From Callorhinchus milii (lineage: Eukaryota), in the NCBI RefSeq assembly GCF_018977255.1, contig NW_024704742.1, forward strand, positions 106,144,001-106,208,000: 64,000 nucleotides of DNA, written 5' to 3'. The notes below the pieces were generated by a model. The model made no database searches. It was not told the origin of the DNA and worked only from the letters and a program-made list of their open reading frames with translations. How positions within the stretch are numbered: position 1 is the stretch's first letter; each line of letters starts with the position of its first letter. A program made the translations under genes and the position numbers. Of this stretch, positions 1 to 12,868 are shown piece after piece.

Positions 1-667
1 GGAGTAGGCCATTTGGCCCTTCGAGCCTGCCCCGCCATTCAATCATGGCTGATCTTCTAATCTAACTTCAGCTAATTCCAACTAATAACCTGACCCTGCC
101 ATATCCCCATATCCCGTAATCTAATCCCTTTAGCGATAAGAAATCTATCTATCTCAGTCTTGAATATGTTCAAGGACTGAGCGTCAACTGCCCTTTGGGG
201 TAGTGAGTTCCATACATTCACCACCCTTGAGTGAAGAAGTTCTTCCTCAACTCAGTGCGAAAGGGCTGGCCTCTGATTTTAAGGTTGTGACTCCTGGTTT
301 TAGTTTCTCCAACCAGGGGAAACAATCTCCCACTATCTACTCTATCATGCCCTTTGATGATCTTATAGGTTTCTATAAGATCTCCTCTAGTTCTTCTATT
401 TTATAGAGAATATAGGCCCAAATTGGTCAGCCTATTCTCGTAACTCATCCCCTTCATCCCTGGCACTAACCTAGTAAATCTATACTGCACCGTCTCCAAG
501 GCAAGTACGTCCTTCCTTAAATAAGGAGACCAAAACTGGACACAGTATTCCAGGTGTGGTCTCACCAGGGCCCTATACAGTTGCAGCAAGACTTCCCTAC
601 TCTTATACTCTAATGCTTTCATAATGAATGCTAACATACCGTTCGCCTTCCTAATTGCTCGCTGCAA
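1..667 (-). mobile_element. CR1 LINE 3' fragment (ORF2 C-terminus plus 3'UTR)
   Basis: ORF 401-667(-) KANGMLAFI...LYRALVRPHLEYCVQFWSPYLRKDVLALETVQYRFTRLVPGMKGMSYENRL is the CR1 ORF2 post-RT region. 1-60 is the reverse complement of the shark CR1 3'UTR (agatcagccatgat...ggcctactcc). Confidence 0.95.
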
Positions 668-1220
668 TTTGACCCTTAATAACTGTAGATGTCTTTTATA
701 TATTCACTGCACAGCAATGGATCATTGCCACCATTGATATCAACATCTTCAATAGCTAGGATTGCATCTGAAAAAGCCTTTCACATCAGAAGCATGTCTC
801 AAATCATTTTACAGGACTTACTGTGAAGTGTAGTGACTGGTATTTTGCAGGTAAACTGGAGCAATGCTGCAATATTCATTTTATTAAACAATAGTAGAGG
901 CCCGAGGAAGAATTTTCAGCTGAAAAGTAAATGTGAAGTTTGAATCAATCCTCAAAATCAATCATAATGTCCATTCTTCCCTCTGCCAATGTCTGGGCTC
1001 TTGTTCATTTTGAAGTCCTGACTGCCTGAAACACCCAAATTGCGACAGATAAGAGATGAAAGAAAATTCAAATGAATCTTTCCGCACAGTGCATAAATTA
1101 CATTCCCGAGAGAATAAATTGTCAAAAATGAGATTGGCAGATTCAGAACAACACTTTAGTAAAACTTATTCTCAGTTTGGGAAGTCCAATTAGCGTAGGT
1201 TAGAAAATGTTACCTACAAC

Positions 1221-1292
1221 AATCACCAGACATGCAGGAATCACCAGACTTGCAATAATCACCAGGTATGTAGCCGTCACTGGGCATGTGGT
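1221..1292. repeat. Degenerate 18-bp tandem repeat, 4 units
   Basis: aatcaccagacatgcagg / aatcaccagacttgcaat / aatcaccaggtatgtagc / cgtcactgggcatgtggt. Confidence 0.75.
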
Positions 1293-1776
1293 AGTTAGTA
1301 TAATTGAGACTTGCCAAGACTCCAGTACTAAATAAGTCTTTAGTGTTCTAGTTAGAAAAGTAAAACCAATTAGCTCCAGTCAATTATTTTCAAGTGCTTC
1401 AAATTGGCACTGCTTTGTAATTGTTATCCAGTTCTCCACAACAAAACAGTCTATACCGTACTTCACATAGCCAGATCAGTGCACGTTGTACAATCTTTTG
1501 AAATCAAGTTCAAACTTTCCTGATGATTTGATGGGTAAATTAATCTTATGTTGTGGTGAATGCACAGCAAGGAAGTTCCAGATTGAATGGCTGAATTGGT
1601 TGGTCTCTGCTGAGATAGCAATGGTGCTGTGCAAAGTAGCTTCCAGATCCTGAGCCTAGAATGGGGGATGTTGGTCAAAGATCTGACTTCTGATCTATTT
1701 TTAATTTATTCCACTAGACATATACTATGTGGGGATAGGGATTAACTGTGTAGAATGATGAACAATAATAACAAGC

Positions 1777-1891
1777 TTATGGGGAGAGAGTGGGGAGTGG
1801 GATTAATTTGGATAGCTCTTTCAAGAGCCGGCACAGGCACAATGGGCCGAATGGCTTCCTTCTGTGCTGTATATTTCTATGATTCTATGAT
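1777..1891 (+). mobile_element. CR1 3'UTR fragment
   Basis: ttggatagctctttcaagagccggcacaggcacaatgggccgaatgg... ending in ttctatgattctatgat; near-identical to 56977-57058. Confidence 0.9.
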
Positions 1892-1985
1892 AACAATAAT
1901 AATCCTTTCATTTGATATAAAGCCACTCATCTCAAAGTGCTTTAAAGGATACACTGTAAAGTGTAGTGCCTGTGCATTTTGCTGA
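1892..1985 (-). mobile_element. Deu-SINE/L2-type 3' tail fragment
   Basis: aataataatcctttcatttgatata...aaagtgctttaaaggatacactgtaaagtg matches the reversed SINE tail seen in full copies. Confidence 0.7.
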
Positions 1986-4168
1986 TGAACATTGTACTGA
2001 TACTCTGTTGAGGCTGACAAATGAAGAGTGAGCACTTGGAGGATGCATGAAATGGCCAGTGACACTTACGCAATCATCAATTTGTGTTAGAAATGGTACT
2101 GATAGAGCAACACAATTGTAAGTGGGTAAAGAACAGGGAGAAAGATTGTAGAAATGTGAACACGTACTAATAGTTCAAAGTAAGCAAAGAAAGAGTGGCC
2201 AGAGTTCACAAATGATAAAAAATGCAGATCTTAGAATATCAAGAAAAACATCTAGAGATAGAGTTATGAATGCTTGTAATAATCTACCATGCAAGGAAAT
2301 AAAGGGAAAACATTTGGATTATTCAAAACATAATGAGATGTCATCATGGGAGTTAATACTGACATTTCAGTGGGCTGAAATGCTTTTACTCATCCTGACT
2401 TCTATGTTGTCACAAGGTGTGACCCTCGGGAAAGAAAATCAGCAGAAAAACTGGAGGAGGAAAAAACTCAATGTATTTAAAATGTGTACTTGACTCATCC
2501 AGGCTAATACATAATACAACAAAACAAAGAGGAAGATTAATCTAAAAAATTGGATTGACATATATTCCTAGTTGTCATACACTGTCCTGACAGTAGAAGA
2601 GAATTGTGGAATGACATAGTACAACAGCTTTAAAATACATATTGGAATTTTAATTAACCTATGCACTGGAGAAGGAGTAGCATATCATGTTTTTAATATA
2701 ACAAAGACTGTTACATCATTAATCACCATCACCACGTTTTTTATTTCATAGACATAGAAAAGGTTCTCTGACGGTGATTTAAGGGAGGGAAATTGATAAA
2801 TGTATTGGTTAAATGTAAATGTCAAATTAGTTGTAATCTGTTTTTAATTACATCTCTTCCGAGTGTATGATTCTCCATAAGAACTTTCTGAACTACTTTG
2901 AGCAGATTATAACCTAGAACTTATTCTCAGGTATGAACTCTTCACTATATCAGACACTGAACCCATTGATTAGATTAGAGAGTGGAAAATATGAACGTTC
3001 ATAACAGATATGATCACATTGAATCTGGTATGAAACGTCACAATGTTCACCCTTACCCCATAACTCATGCCTGGCTGTCCATTATTACTTCATAATTTAA
3101 TTGCAAAATAGATCTAGAAAGATTGTTTTTCAGAGTTGAACATATTTGTCAAGGTGTAATAAAAAGTCGAAATGATTTTCTCTGAAAACCAGGAGACAAT
3201 GTTTTCTTTTCTTCCTGTTGGCTCGAGGAAACTTGGTGACTCTTGACGTTCAACTGGGTTCATCTAAAATATGTCTTCCACAAGACAGTATAGGTCACTT
3301 GGTAATTCTGTTACTCTGCTTGTTACAGAAAAGAAGATAAATTATCAGTCTCACTTTCTGTAAGCTGAGGACTGTCAGGACCAAATGACAATTTGTCATA
3401 CTTAGCCTCACTGTGAAATACCAGGTAATCTCTATGGACAAGTAGACTGTACAGGCACTTGTCAAGTCAAATCTATTCAATACTGTATCTCTCTTAATAC
3501 TTAATGAAAATTAACACCATTTTCATCTTAAAATATCTTTGATGCAATACCTATCACACATATATATTATTAATGATCAGGGGAATAGAACACACAGACC
3601 TTTTGATGTTCATGATAACAAATTTTAAGAAGCTCTAAGCTCTCTGTTGAGTTATTCTGGTAGTTATCTAGTACTTAAACAAAATAACAAAAAAATTCAT
3701 ATGTAGGAAAGCAATTAAAACATATCTACTATCCACTACTCACTATAACCGCTCAATCATCATAAGGTGTTAAGATTGTTGTATTCTTATTTTTGAGAAT
3801 CTGCAAAGTGAGGATAGTGCTTTCTCTGGAGTGAGTTTAAAATTAAATAGCTCCCCTAAGGAATTTATCAAAAGGTAATCTGAGCCTAAATGAATATTTG
3901 TACATTAAAACATACAAAATTATAATTAAAATCTTTCATCTTCATTGTAGTCTCTCTCACGTACATCTATAAAATGTTTATTTCAATACTGTGCACAGAG
4001 CCGAGTGCACTTAGATCATAATCACTAATGGTGAACTGTTCGATGCTCCAATATGCTTTGTCACTGGGTATTTGGACACAATAGTGCGCTCCACACGGCA
4101 TGTTTCCTGAGCATGTCTGTGCAAACTGGAAAGAGCCAAGCTCTTTCTTTCCAAGGAAACAACAAAAA

Positions 4169-4416
4169 CTCCAGGAATATCCCAACACACACTGTGAGGT
4201 CCCCAAGCCTTGGCTCTTGCCAACTTGTGCCTAATACTTTCTGGAATTAGGTAAGCAGGATTCATCCCTCCAGGGAGAGAATGGGCATTTCATTCCAACA
4301 ATCTATCTCTGGAGTTTCCATGTGTAGGTGGGAATGCCTGGAATTCTAAATAGGGTTTGGATACACTTAAGCATGGTGATGGGCATGTGTCAGACACTCA
4401 GCTGACCAAAAAAAAA
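4169..4416 (+). mobile_element. Unclassified structured A-tailed retroposon ('family X'), 5'-truncated copy
   Basis: Aligns by eye to 42235-42803 and 32804-33244; ends gcatggtgatggg...gtcagacactcagctgacc followed by an A-run. Confidence 0.85.
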
Positions 4417-5287
4417 GACTGGAATAATTTTCTAGTCACTGCAGATATATTTACATTTGATCTTCTCTCTGAGCAGAATCTCTGCACACTTGTATTGTCA
4501 GACATAGGCTTGTTTCTACAAAGGCTAACATGCTTTGTCATGATTTTATTGCCACATATTTCATTGCGACTGGCCAGATAGACAACAGTCTTTCTTGGCC
4601 CTGTACATCCTCTACAAGGAAAACTAAAACCCTGTTACTGAATCCAATCGTCACAAACAGAAAGTGGCAATAGTCGGAAGACTATAGCTAATAATTTATG
4701 GTGACCATTAGCTATTGATTTTGCTGATTTCAGTAGAATTGGTGGTGGGGGAGCATTCTTACAAGTTGTTTTTAACCACAGTTGCAACAATACTTTGAGG
4801 TTTGAATAAAGCGTTGTAAAACTCTTGCTACACATTTTATGCCTCTTTGGGTTTTGGACTGCTCCTTAAAATACCTGTAGCGTATCTGTTGAATGCAATG
4901 AAAGCCTTTACTGATAAGATATATTGCTTTCCAGTAAATAAATAGAAATCTGCTCTTTTGAACCAAGGTCAGGTTGTGACATGAAATGAATTGCTTTTGA
5001 ATTCTTAGATTTTTTTCCTCCATGGATTGGTGTCAGCCGTTTTACTTATCATAGTAAAACTACATTTGGCCTAAAATAGTGAACACTATGTAGAGGACAG
5101 TCCAGTTGATTGAACACAGGTGTAGTTATTTGATTTACAGTTGCAGCGTCTAACATTAACCAAAGATCTTTTAGAAATAGTTATTACGGATGACATGAAA
5201 CGTAATTGCTAATTTTCTGCTTGAATTGCCACATATTTTCTCCAAATCTTAAGACTAATTCATCCTTTTCCTGTGCCCATTTTTCAG

Positions 5288-5323
5288 GCTCAAAGACAGA
5301 CATGTCTTTGGACCCTGGTGCAG
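5288..5323 (+). other. Candidate 36-nt symmetric exon (phase 1 GSKTDMSLDPGA; phase 0 AQRQTCLWTLVQ)
   Basis: Branch-like gactaat at 5253-5259, pyrimidine tract, ttttcag acceptor, CAG|gtaaat donor; protein not recognised. Confidence 0.35.
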
Positions 5324-5910
5324 GTAAATTGAAGCTGTCGGTTACAATCTACTGACTTCATTGCTCAAAAGCTTCAACCATGCCACTTACAAAGCATCGT
5401 TTTCTTCCTTGCTTATTTCTTTCCTCTCGCAAATCCCCGGGTCAGGCAAACAAAAAGGAAAAAATTTACATAAATCATTTTCCAGCAAAAGTTTGCTCAA
5501 ATCCCAAATCCTTTTGTTACTTCCTGTGTCAATCTATTAGGCCTGCACAATGGCTTATTGAAATTCGCAATCCAATGCTCAAGGATTAGTTATTACTATA
5601 AATTAGAGCACCATCTGTGAACGATCGGAAGTTTTAAATGGCATTTTCCATAATCGGAAAATGGAAAGATGCTTGGAGGTTTAAATGGAAAACAGCTAAC
5701 ATTTAATGGGGATGTCAAAATATGATTCCCTGAACTCAGGACTGTAAAAAGACAATGGTGGTGATTTGCAGTAATATGCTTTGTGTCAGATGTAGTTATC
5801 TGTTAGATTGTCTTCCGCTCACAGCATATGGTTACATGTATAGATATGCACACAAACATATTCACACACAAATACACAGATGACGGATATTGAATGAGCA
5901 AAAATACAAC

Positions 5911-6055
5911 TTTTTGGGGGGTCAGCCAGGGGTCTGATGCATGCGGAACCCATGCTTAAAGTATCCAAACCAAACTAAGAATTCGATGCATCCCACCTAC
6001 ACATGGAAATTCCAGAGATAAATTGTTGGAATGGAATGTGTACTCTCTCCCTGCA
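5911..6055 (-). mobile_element. Family X 3' fragment
   Basis: ttttt...ggtcagccaggggtctga...catgcttaaagtatccaaacc...catcccacctacacatggaaattccagaga is the reverse complement of the family 3' end. Confidence 0.8.
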
Positions 6056-6302
6056 AAAATTTAAAAACACAACACAAGTCTGAATTAATCTGAAATTGCC
6101 ATGATTTCTGTGTGGAATCTCTGCAACACAGCTTGGACTACTCTATGTAGAGCTTTCAGCCTGAAGAAAGGTAATGAACCTGAAGAATGAGCTCTCACCA
6201 TCTAGTGATGGCTCAACAGTGCTTGTCAGGTGTCATATGACTATCCTCCTGGCATAGTCATTTTAAGAACTATCCTCCTGGGGGGAGTGGGGAAGGGGGG
6301 AA

Positions 6303-6811
6303 GGGGGAAGGTGAGCTAAACTGGCTCCAAGGTGACAGACTTAGCAATAGAGTGTTGGAATCGATTCTGTGGCCTTCTTGATAGTCTGATTCCCGAGCCA
6401 GGCAGGTCTGCCATATTCCAGAGCACTGCTGATAACGCATCAGTCAGCCTGGCTCATTGGCAGGACTTGGAGGGGAAGACCAGTCCCTGGAAGCAAGAAT
6501 TTCTTTCAACTCAGCTCCCCCTAACCTTGCAAGCCAAACCCTCATGGGTAAGAACCAGACAGTGCTCTCAATACAAGCAGTACTCCAATATGCAACCTTT
6601 GGTTCCCGAACATTGTATCTTGCCAACGTGTGTCTAATACTCTCCAAAATTAGGTAAGCGCAGTGTGTCCCTTCAGAGAGAAAATGCACATTCCATTCCA
6701 GATGCAGGAAAATGTATATGTGTATAGGCAGGATACATTTGTGGATTGGATTCTCTTAAGCATGGTGATAGGTTTCAACTTATGTGAGACACTTGGCTGA
6801 TCAGAAGAAAA
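6303..6811 (+). mobile_element. Family X near-full-length copy
   Basis: ggggaaggtgag...ggctccaaggtgac...gagccaggcaggtctgc...ctgctgata...cttaagcatggtgatagg...ggctgatc plus A-rich end. Confidence 0.8.
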
Positions 6812-6858
6812 GTGGTCTTTCACTGAAGATTTTATAGCTGAGTTTTTTGAGTTTTCTA

Positions 6859-7763
6859 AAAACAAGCAAAATGACATTTGTACAGCACCTTTCATGTCGG
6901 GAGGATGTCCCAAGGCACTGGACAAACAATGTTTTGGACCCGAGCTGGGGGTTGGGATTGGGAGGGTGGATGGCAGGGGGGGAAGGAGGTTGACCAAAGA
7001 CACGGTTGAAGAGGAGGGTCTTGAGACAGGTCTTGAAGCAGGTAAGGGAGGGGGCAAGGCGGATGGACTGTGGGCTGGAGTTCCAGAGGGTGAGGGCAGA
7101 GTGGCTGAAGGCCTGCCCACCAATGGTGGGCGAGCGAGGCGGGAGAAGTGAAGCAGGCTGGAGCCCGCTGAGCGGAAGGAGTGGACAGGTTGGTAGGGGT
7201 TCAGGAGGTTCCAGAGGTAGTGGGGAGCGAGGCCATGGAGAGCTTTTTAAAAGTGAAGACCAGGATCTTGAACTGTATCCATTGTGTGATGGGAAGCCAG
7301 TGGAGTCGGGCTAGGATAGGGGTGATAGGGTCACGGAACCTGGTGCGGCAGAGGACACGGGCTGCAGAATTTTGGATGATCTGCAGCCTATGGAGGGAGG
7401 ACTTGGGGTGACTGATAAGCAGGAAGTTTGTGTCGTTGAGCCTGGTTGTTATGCATGTGTGTTTGAGCCTCTCAGCGTCCTGTGGTGTGAGACAGTGGTG
7501 GAGCCGAGTGATGTTGCGAAGGTGGGGAAAGGTGGAGCAGGTCATGGCACGGATGTGGGGGATTAAGAACAGTTGAGGGTCGAATAGGACCCTAAGGTTC
7601 CGTATTGGTTCAGTGAGATGTAGAGTGCATCCATCGTGGGTGATGCTGTCAGCGCCCAAGATTTGGAGGTGCTAACTGGAGCCAAGCAGGACGGCATCAA
7701 TCTTGTTGACATTCAACTGCAGGAAATTAGCCCTCATTCAGGACTTGATATCCGACAGGCATC
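6859..7763 (-). mobile_element. L2 LINE 3' fragment
   Basis: ORF 7201-7659(-) EPIRNLRVLFDPQL...LQIIQNSAARVLCRTRFRDPITPILARLHWLPITQWIQFKIL; L2 tail at 6860-6920. Confidence 0.95.
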
Positions 7764-7784
7764 TAAAAAGCAGGTATTGTTTCC

Positions 7785-8225
7785 TCACCACATCTCACCA
7801 GTTCGGGCCAGGCTCCATTGTTTCCCCATTTCCGAATAGATCGACTTCAAGATCCTCACACTCGTGTCCAAATCCCTTCACTCTCTGGCACATCCCTACC
7901 TCCCCCACTTCCTCACTTCCCAATCCACCACCGGGCGCCTTTGCTTGACTGGCACTGGCTTCCTGCTTGTCCCTAGCACCCTCCTCCCCACAGATGCGGA
8001 GGTCGCACTTTCAGCCACCAAGCCCCGAAACTCTGAAACACTCTCCCTCAATCCCTCCGCCTTGCCTCCTCTCTCCCCTTTGTGAAGTCCCGCCTGAAAA
8101 CCCTCCACTTTGATTGTGCTTACGGCCACCTCCCCACTCGCCTCCCCCACCCCCCCAACCCCCCGGCTCAGAGTCAGGCTCCGCCACTGTTAAGCCTCTG
8201 AGACGCTACCCTGCGTGGAGGGAAT
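7785..8225 (+). mobile_element. L2 LINE 3' fragment
   Basis: caccacatctcaccagttcgggccaggctccattg...gacttcaagatcctcac; closely similar to 16905-17393. Confidence 0.9.
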
Positions 8226-8394
8226 GATCCAGATCTTTCTGAACACTGCAAATCTTCCTGAAGGCTATTTATCTTCCTTATATCATTCACCTGCCTATGT
8301 GTTTTGGTATTACCAGCAAATAAGCACTCACTCACATGCACTCACACCCTCACACATTCATTCTCATACATATACTGTAACTTCAACGTATGGG

Positions 8395-8720
8395 TATTTT
8401 ATTTAGTTTAGAAAACAAGTTCAGTGCTGGTTGCTGATTCACTGTTGGGAAAAGTCTGCCTTTGCCCTTTGACATTTTGCACACTTTGAGTAGCCTTGGA
8501 GTTAACAGGTTCTTTTGTACAATTTGGTTGACAGCCTTTCATCTCCTTGGGCTTTGCCTGAGGGTATGATCTGGATCACGTCTTTTACTTCTGCTAATGA
8601 GGTTGGTTTTTCCAATGGTACAGATGTGCTCTTTTGTCCTACCTGATTATTAGACTCTAATTGGAGTGTTTCTGGCAGAAAAAGAAAGGCTCTCACACCC
8701 TACAACAATTAGCAACATTT
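8395..8720 (-). mobile_element. L1/Tx1-clade ORF2 fragment (pre-RT region)
   Basis: LEKPTSLAEVKDVIQIIPSGKAQGDERLSTKLYK resembles the LE.PIS.EE...I..L.SGKAPGPDG...EFYK motif; a shifted frame continues LTPRLLKV...KGRLFPTVNQ. Confidence 0.75.
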
Positions 8721-8914
8721 TCAAAGGGTACAACTAATGCCATCTCTCTTTGTTAAGAAGGCATCTTCATTGGTAACTCAGTTTGCTTATTGGCAAGTTC
8801 TATTATCCACCACAAAGAAAACCTTATTTCCCTCAGGAGTTTTAAATACCACTTTTAACATAGTGACATTGCAAAACAACACACTAAACAGTCCCTTTTG
8901 CCTTTCTTGCTTGG

Positions 8915-8995
8915 TGTACAATTCCTTCCTTTTAAAGCACTCCTTGACCCTAGCCTATGTGAAGGGTACTGTATAAATGTAAGTTGTTGTTGTTT
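8915..8995 (+). mobile_element. L2 3' tail
   Basis: ccctagcctatgtgaagggtactgtataaatgtaa followed by (gtt)n. Confidence 0.7.
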
Positions 8996-10529
8996 CAGAA
9001 TGGTTCTGAACAAAGTTTAAATCTTTCATACAAATTGCAAGGTCTTGTGAGCTACATTGGAAACTTCCAGCTTTTAGGTGTAATGCTACCTCTACTCCAA
9101 TAAACTATTATTGGCGAAATACTGTGGCAATGTTTGGCCATTGCTTCTAAATGTACAGAAAATCATTTGCAGGAATAGCTTTATTGCTTAATAAAGAATG
9201 AGCGTTAAAGTAGACCATAATGACTGGTAAAATTAGGTTGTCTTTAAGATTTTTGCAATGGAAAATGGTTCTCCATGATATCCGTTATCAAAATGTGTTA
9301 TCAATGGGAAACCATTCGAATAATGTCTTGTTCAAACCCTATAAATTGCATACTGAAGATCTCAATGTCAGACTCTGATTTCCCGTATAATTAAGCAGAC
9401 AGTCATGCTGGCTGGTTTTCAGAAGATTTCCAACTCTCCAAGGGCATTTGAGTCTTCCAGTTTTTTCCACAACAAACCCTGGTGGAGGATTTCTTGCTCT
9501 AATACATGTTCAGTCAGATAGTGGATTAATTTTTCAAGTTGTGTGGGAAACTGATGCACAGTTTTTCCTGCAAGCCAGGAAGCATTTCCCCAGCACCCAC
9601 CCTTCCCCACTTGCATACATGCATATCTTATTTTACAATCTATTATCTACTATCCACATATTGATCTGTATGAAAATGGCATCGGGTCTGGCAACTGAGA
9701 GAATAATGGAGTGAAAAATGTTATGTTTCATAACAGATTTGATGCGATAATTATGTCAGAGCTCTAGTTAATGATGGTGGTTACAGCCACAGAACCAGAA
9801 ATAGCTAGATTTCATCTTTCATTTGTTGATTGTTATTTTTCATTTTATTCAAACCTAAATAATCTAATGGATGGGACGAGATGATTGGTGACGGTCCAGT
9901 TGACATTCCATGATTGTCTCTTTGCAGAGAATCTGATTCTTTGCTGATCTACATTCAGTTCCTTTGATTGTCTGATCCTGGGTAATCTGTTGGTTAGTCA
10001 GGATAGAAGGGCAAGAAATTCCTTAATATATTTTAATTCAGATATGTGATGTAATTTGGAGCCTAAACTGGAATATTGAAAATTAATTAAGGAATTAGCA
10101 GTGAAAATTGTGAGGAATTAGCAGAGACTTTTTTTTGAATAGAGTAGCTGTGCCCAACCCATGGAAAAGGACTAAAATATCCATCTTTTTTTCTCTCGCA
10201 TTTTTGATAGACATTGGTCATTTTAATATTTTGACGGAAATAACTATTGCTTATTTACAGTTCCTTGAAACAGCTTAAACTATCTTGGTGTTGGCGGGGC
10301 ACTACATAGAAGTTGGGAAAATTATATCTATTCCAGAAATATTTACAGAGAGAAATGACTCAGAATAGTTATATGCTCAAATATATATATATATAGAGAG
10401 AGAAAGGTAAACGTCTACATATTTACACTCCCATCAATATGCTTACCATCAGTGAGCTTTGTTGTGGCTTCCTTGTTCCCAGCTCTTAACTGATGACGTT
10501 TCATTGTGGGCTCACTGACTTGCATCAGA

Positions 10530-10835
10530 AACAACAACAACAACAGCAACATTTGTGCAGCGCCTTTCACGTTGGGAGGACGTCCCAAGGCGTTGGACAG
10601 AGTGCAGCATTTCAGACCTGAGCTGGGGTCAGGGTGGGCAAGGGAGGGGAGGGGGTGTGGCCGATGGCATGGTCAAAGAGGAGGGTTTTGAGGTGGGACT
10701 TGAAGGAGGCTAAGGAGGAGGCGAGGTGGAGTGACTGGGGGATGGAATTCCAGAGGTTGGGGGCAAAGTGGCTGAAGGCTCTCCTGCCAATGGTGGGGCA
10801 GGTGGGTTGGGGGATGTGGAACAGGCTAGAGAGAG
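10530..10835 (-). mobile_element. L2 LINE 3' end
   Basis: (aac)n atttgtgcagcgcctttcacgttgggaggacgtcccaaggcg...ggtcaaagaggagggttttgagg. Confidence 0.92.
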
Positions 10836-11290
10836 GGAAACATGTGAGAGATGTTAAGATAGGGACTCCGCAGGTATATGTCCACAGAATACAAATATCA
10901 GAGAAGCAAGTGGAGCTTCATGCACTTGTGTCCTCACCCAAGAAACAGATTGCAGCTGGATCTCAGCGCACTCCCTTCTGAGGGTGCCTCACTGTTCCTT
11001 CCTCTCTTCCTTCCTCTTTTGACCTCAGCCCTACAGTGTTAAGTGCTTCACCATGTGGTGTCACATCATTTGCCTTTCTCTCTCAGCTGCCTTCATCCGT
11101 CTTGTGGTATGATGTTATAGTGCTTGATGCAATGCTGGACTTACATTATGCTGAGCCAGGGGCTTTTTATGAGGAGGAGGAATTCATCTCCATTGTTTCC
11201 CTCAGTTTCCTCCTCTTCTTCCTCCTCATGGCTCTCCTCTACTGAAGGATGATCGCGGTGATGTCCAGCACAAACATGTCACTCATGCTT
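10836..11290 (-). mobile_element. Possible decayed Harbinger-type transposase 5' region
   Basis: Minus strand reads RRAMRRKKRRKLR, later YSVDIYLRSPYLNISHM, loosely like the HARBI1-type N-terminus; many stops, no DDE core seen. Confidence 0.3.
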
Positions 11291-12134
11291 GCTGCTGTTG
11301 CTTGACTGCTGTTTGGGCTTTGTTCGCCACCGGAGGAGCAGACAGCAGTGAGGACACAGGAAGCAATAAATGACAAGCATGTGTGCAAGGTTCATTACCA
11401 AAGCATATGTTCCCTATTGAACTTCATAAAGCAGACCGGAAAACAGCATGCATTTGATGAGTTAAAACTCCATGCTCAAGATGATCAGAGTGCTTGGTGA
11501 TGGCAGGTTTCCTCCACACAGCCCAAACTGCTGGCAGGGTGAAGAAAAGAGGCACAAGAAGTGCCACTATAGGCCCTCACCTGTGCCCATAAATGTCCTG
11601 TTCTCTACAATCTTCCTCAGAAAACAAAACATGCATGTTCATAAGTTTCAGTTTTGTGATGGCCTCCATTTCTGTGATGACATGCGATGGGGGTCTGGGT
11701 TTATTTCAAAGTGGTACCATCTACTGCATCATGTTGTGTTGATTGTAACTTTGCATTCATCTCCATCTCTTCAAAGAGCCTTCTCAACAACTTGATCGGT
11801 AGAGCCAAAATTGACCAGGAGCATTACCTGGTACCAGGCCATGGCCCCTAGATGATGCCAGGTAATTGTGCCACAATTCCAAATAGATTGTGGCAGAAGA
11901 CCATTACACATTCTGTGCTGATGCACATAGCCACAGCCACCTTGGTCTCTCTCGCTCATCCTCCTTGATCTACCAAGGTAGCTTCTAATTATCTAAAGTG
12001 CTGCTATTAGTATGAGTGCTGGAAGCATCCACAGAATAACACTCACAAGTTCTTTGTGTTAGTGTTTAGATGATAAAGATTTCTGCCACCATCATCCAGA
12101 TTCCTTTATAGCAATTATGTCTGTATATTTGTTG

Positions 12135-12310
12135 TTCAGATGAGATATTAAACCAAGGTCCTGGCTACCTGTTTGATACAATTCTGAAAGAATAGTGTCC
12201 TGGCCAACAATCTCCTAGATACAATTGGTCATTCATCTCATGGTTTGTAGGACACAAGCAAGGCAAGTGTGAAAATTGGCTTCTATGTTTGCTTACAAAT
12301 AGAGTTACTA
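12135..12310 (+). mobile_element. Degenerate Deu-SINE core fragment
   Basis: cagatgagatattaaaccaaggtcc...gtgtcctggccaacaat...ttggtcattcatctc...aattggct. Confidence 0.65.
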
Positions 12311-12468
12311 ACTTTATAGAAAATCTCTTTGTTGAGACAATTTCCTGACTTGTGGGAATAATACTGGGTATTAGATTCCCAAATCAATCAATGAATCGAT
12401 CAATCAATCCACTATTTGAACATTTATTAGAACAAGCAATCCTCTGCAAAACACGATATAAAACTTTA

Positions 12469-12535
12469 CAACAACAACAACAAAATTACATATGTATAGC
12501 ACCTTTCACGTCGGGAGGACGTCCCAAGGCACTGG
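12469..12535 (-). mobile_element. L2 3' tail (~65 bp)
   Basis: (caa)n...atagcacctttcacgtcgggaggacgtcccaaggcactg. Confidence 0.85.
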
Positions 12536-12868
12536 AATCAAATGCAAGGAATATTCTTATCATCACAATGGAATTCTGACCCCAGTGTTCCTTAATGGTT
12601 GCAGTGAATAAGGTACAAAGGAGATAATTATTCATTAAAAACCTTCAACATTATTTAGCATACACTGTCCTCCGAAGCCTTGCTTTCTCAGTTCACACCC
12701 TCTCCGAACACTTCACTCTGTCAATCACCTGGTTGAGTCCACCTTTCAAAAAATACAAATTGCATCCATGAAGGAATGAATGTCTTTAATCACATTATGT
12801 TCCCATATTTGAAATGCTGGTCTCACGTGCTTTGATGCTAACCCTGCATAGAATTAATTATCCTTCTT

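Noticed and set aside
3115-3263. Minus-strand terminal exon MNPVERQESPSFLEPTGRKENIVSWFSEKII...
   Set aside because: Weak pyrimidine tract, no recognisable homology, and a length compatible with chance.
6650-7151. Pro/Ser-rich and Gly-rich ORFs (also 14243-14805 and 18180-18729)
   Set aside because: These are alternative or antisense frames of C-rich L2 sequence.
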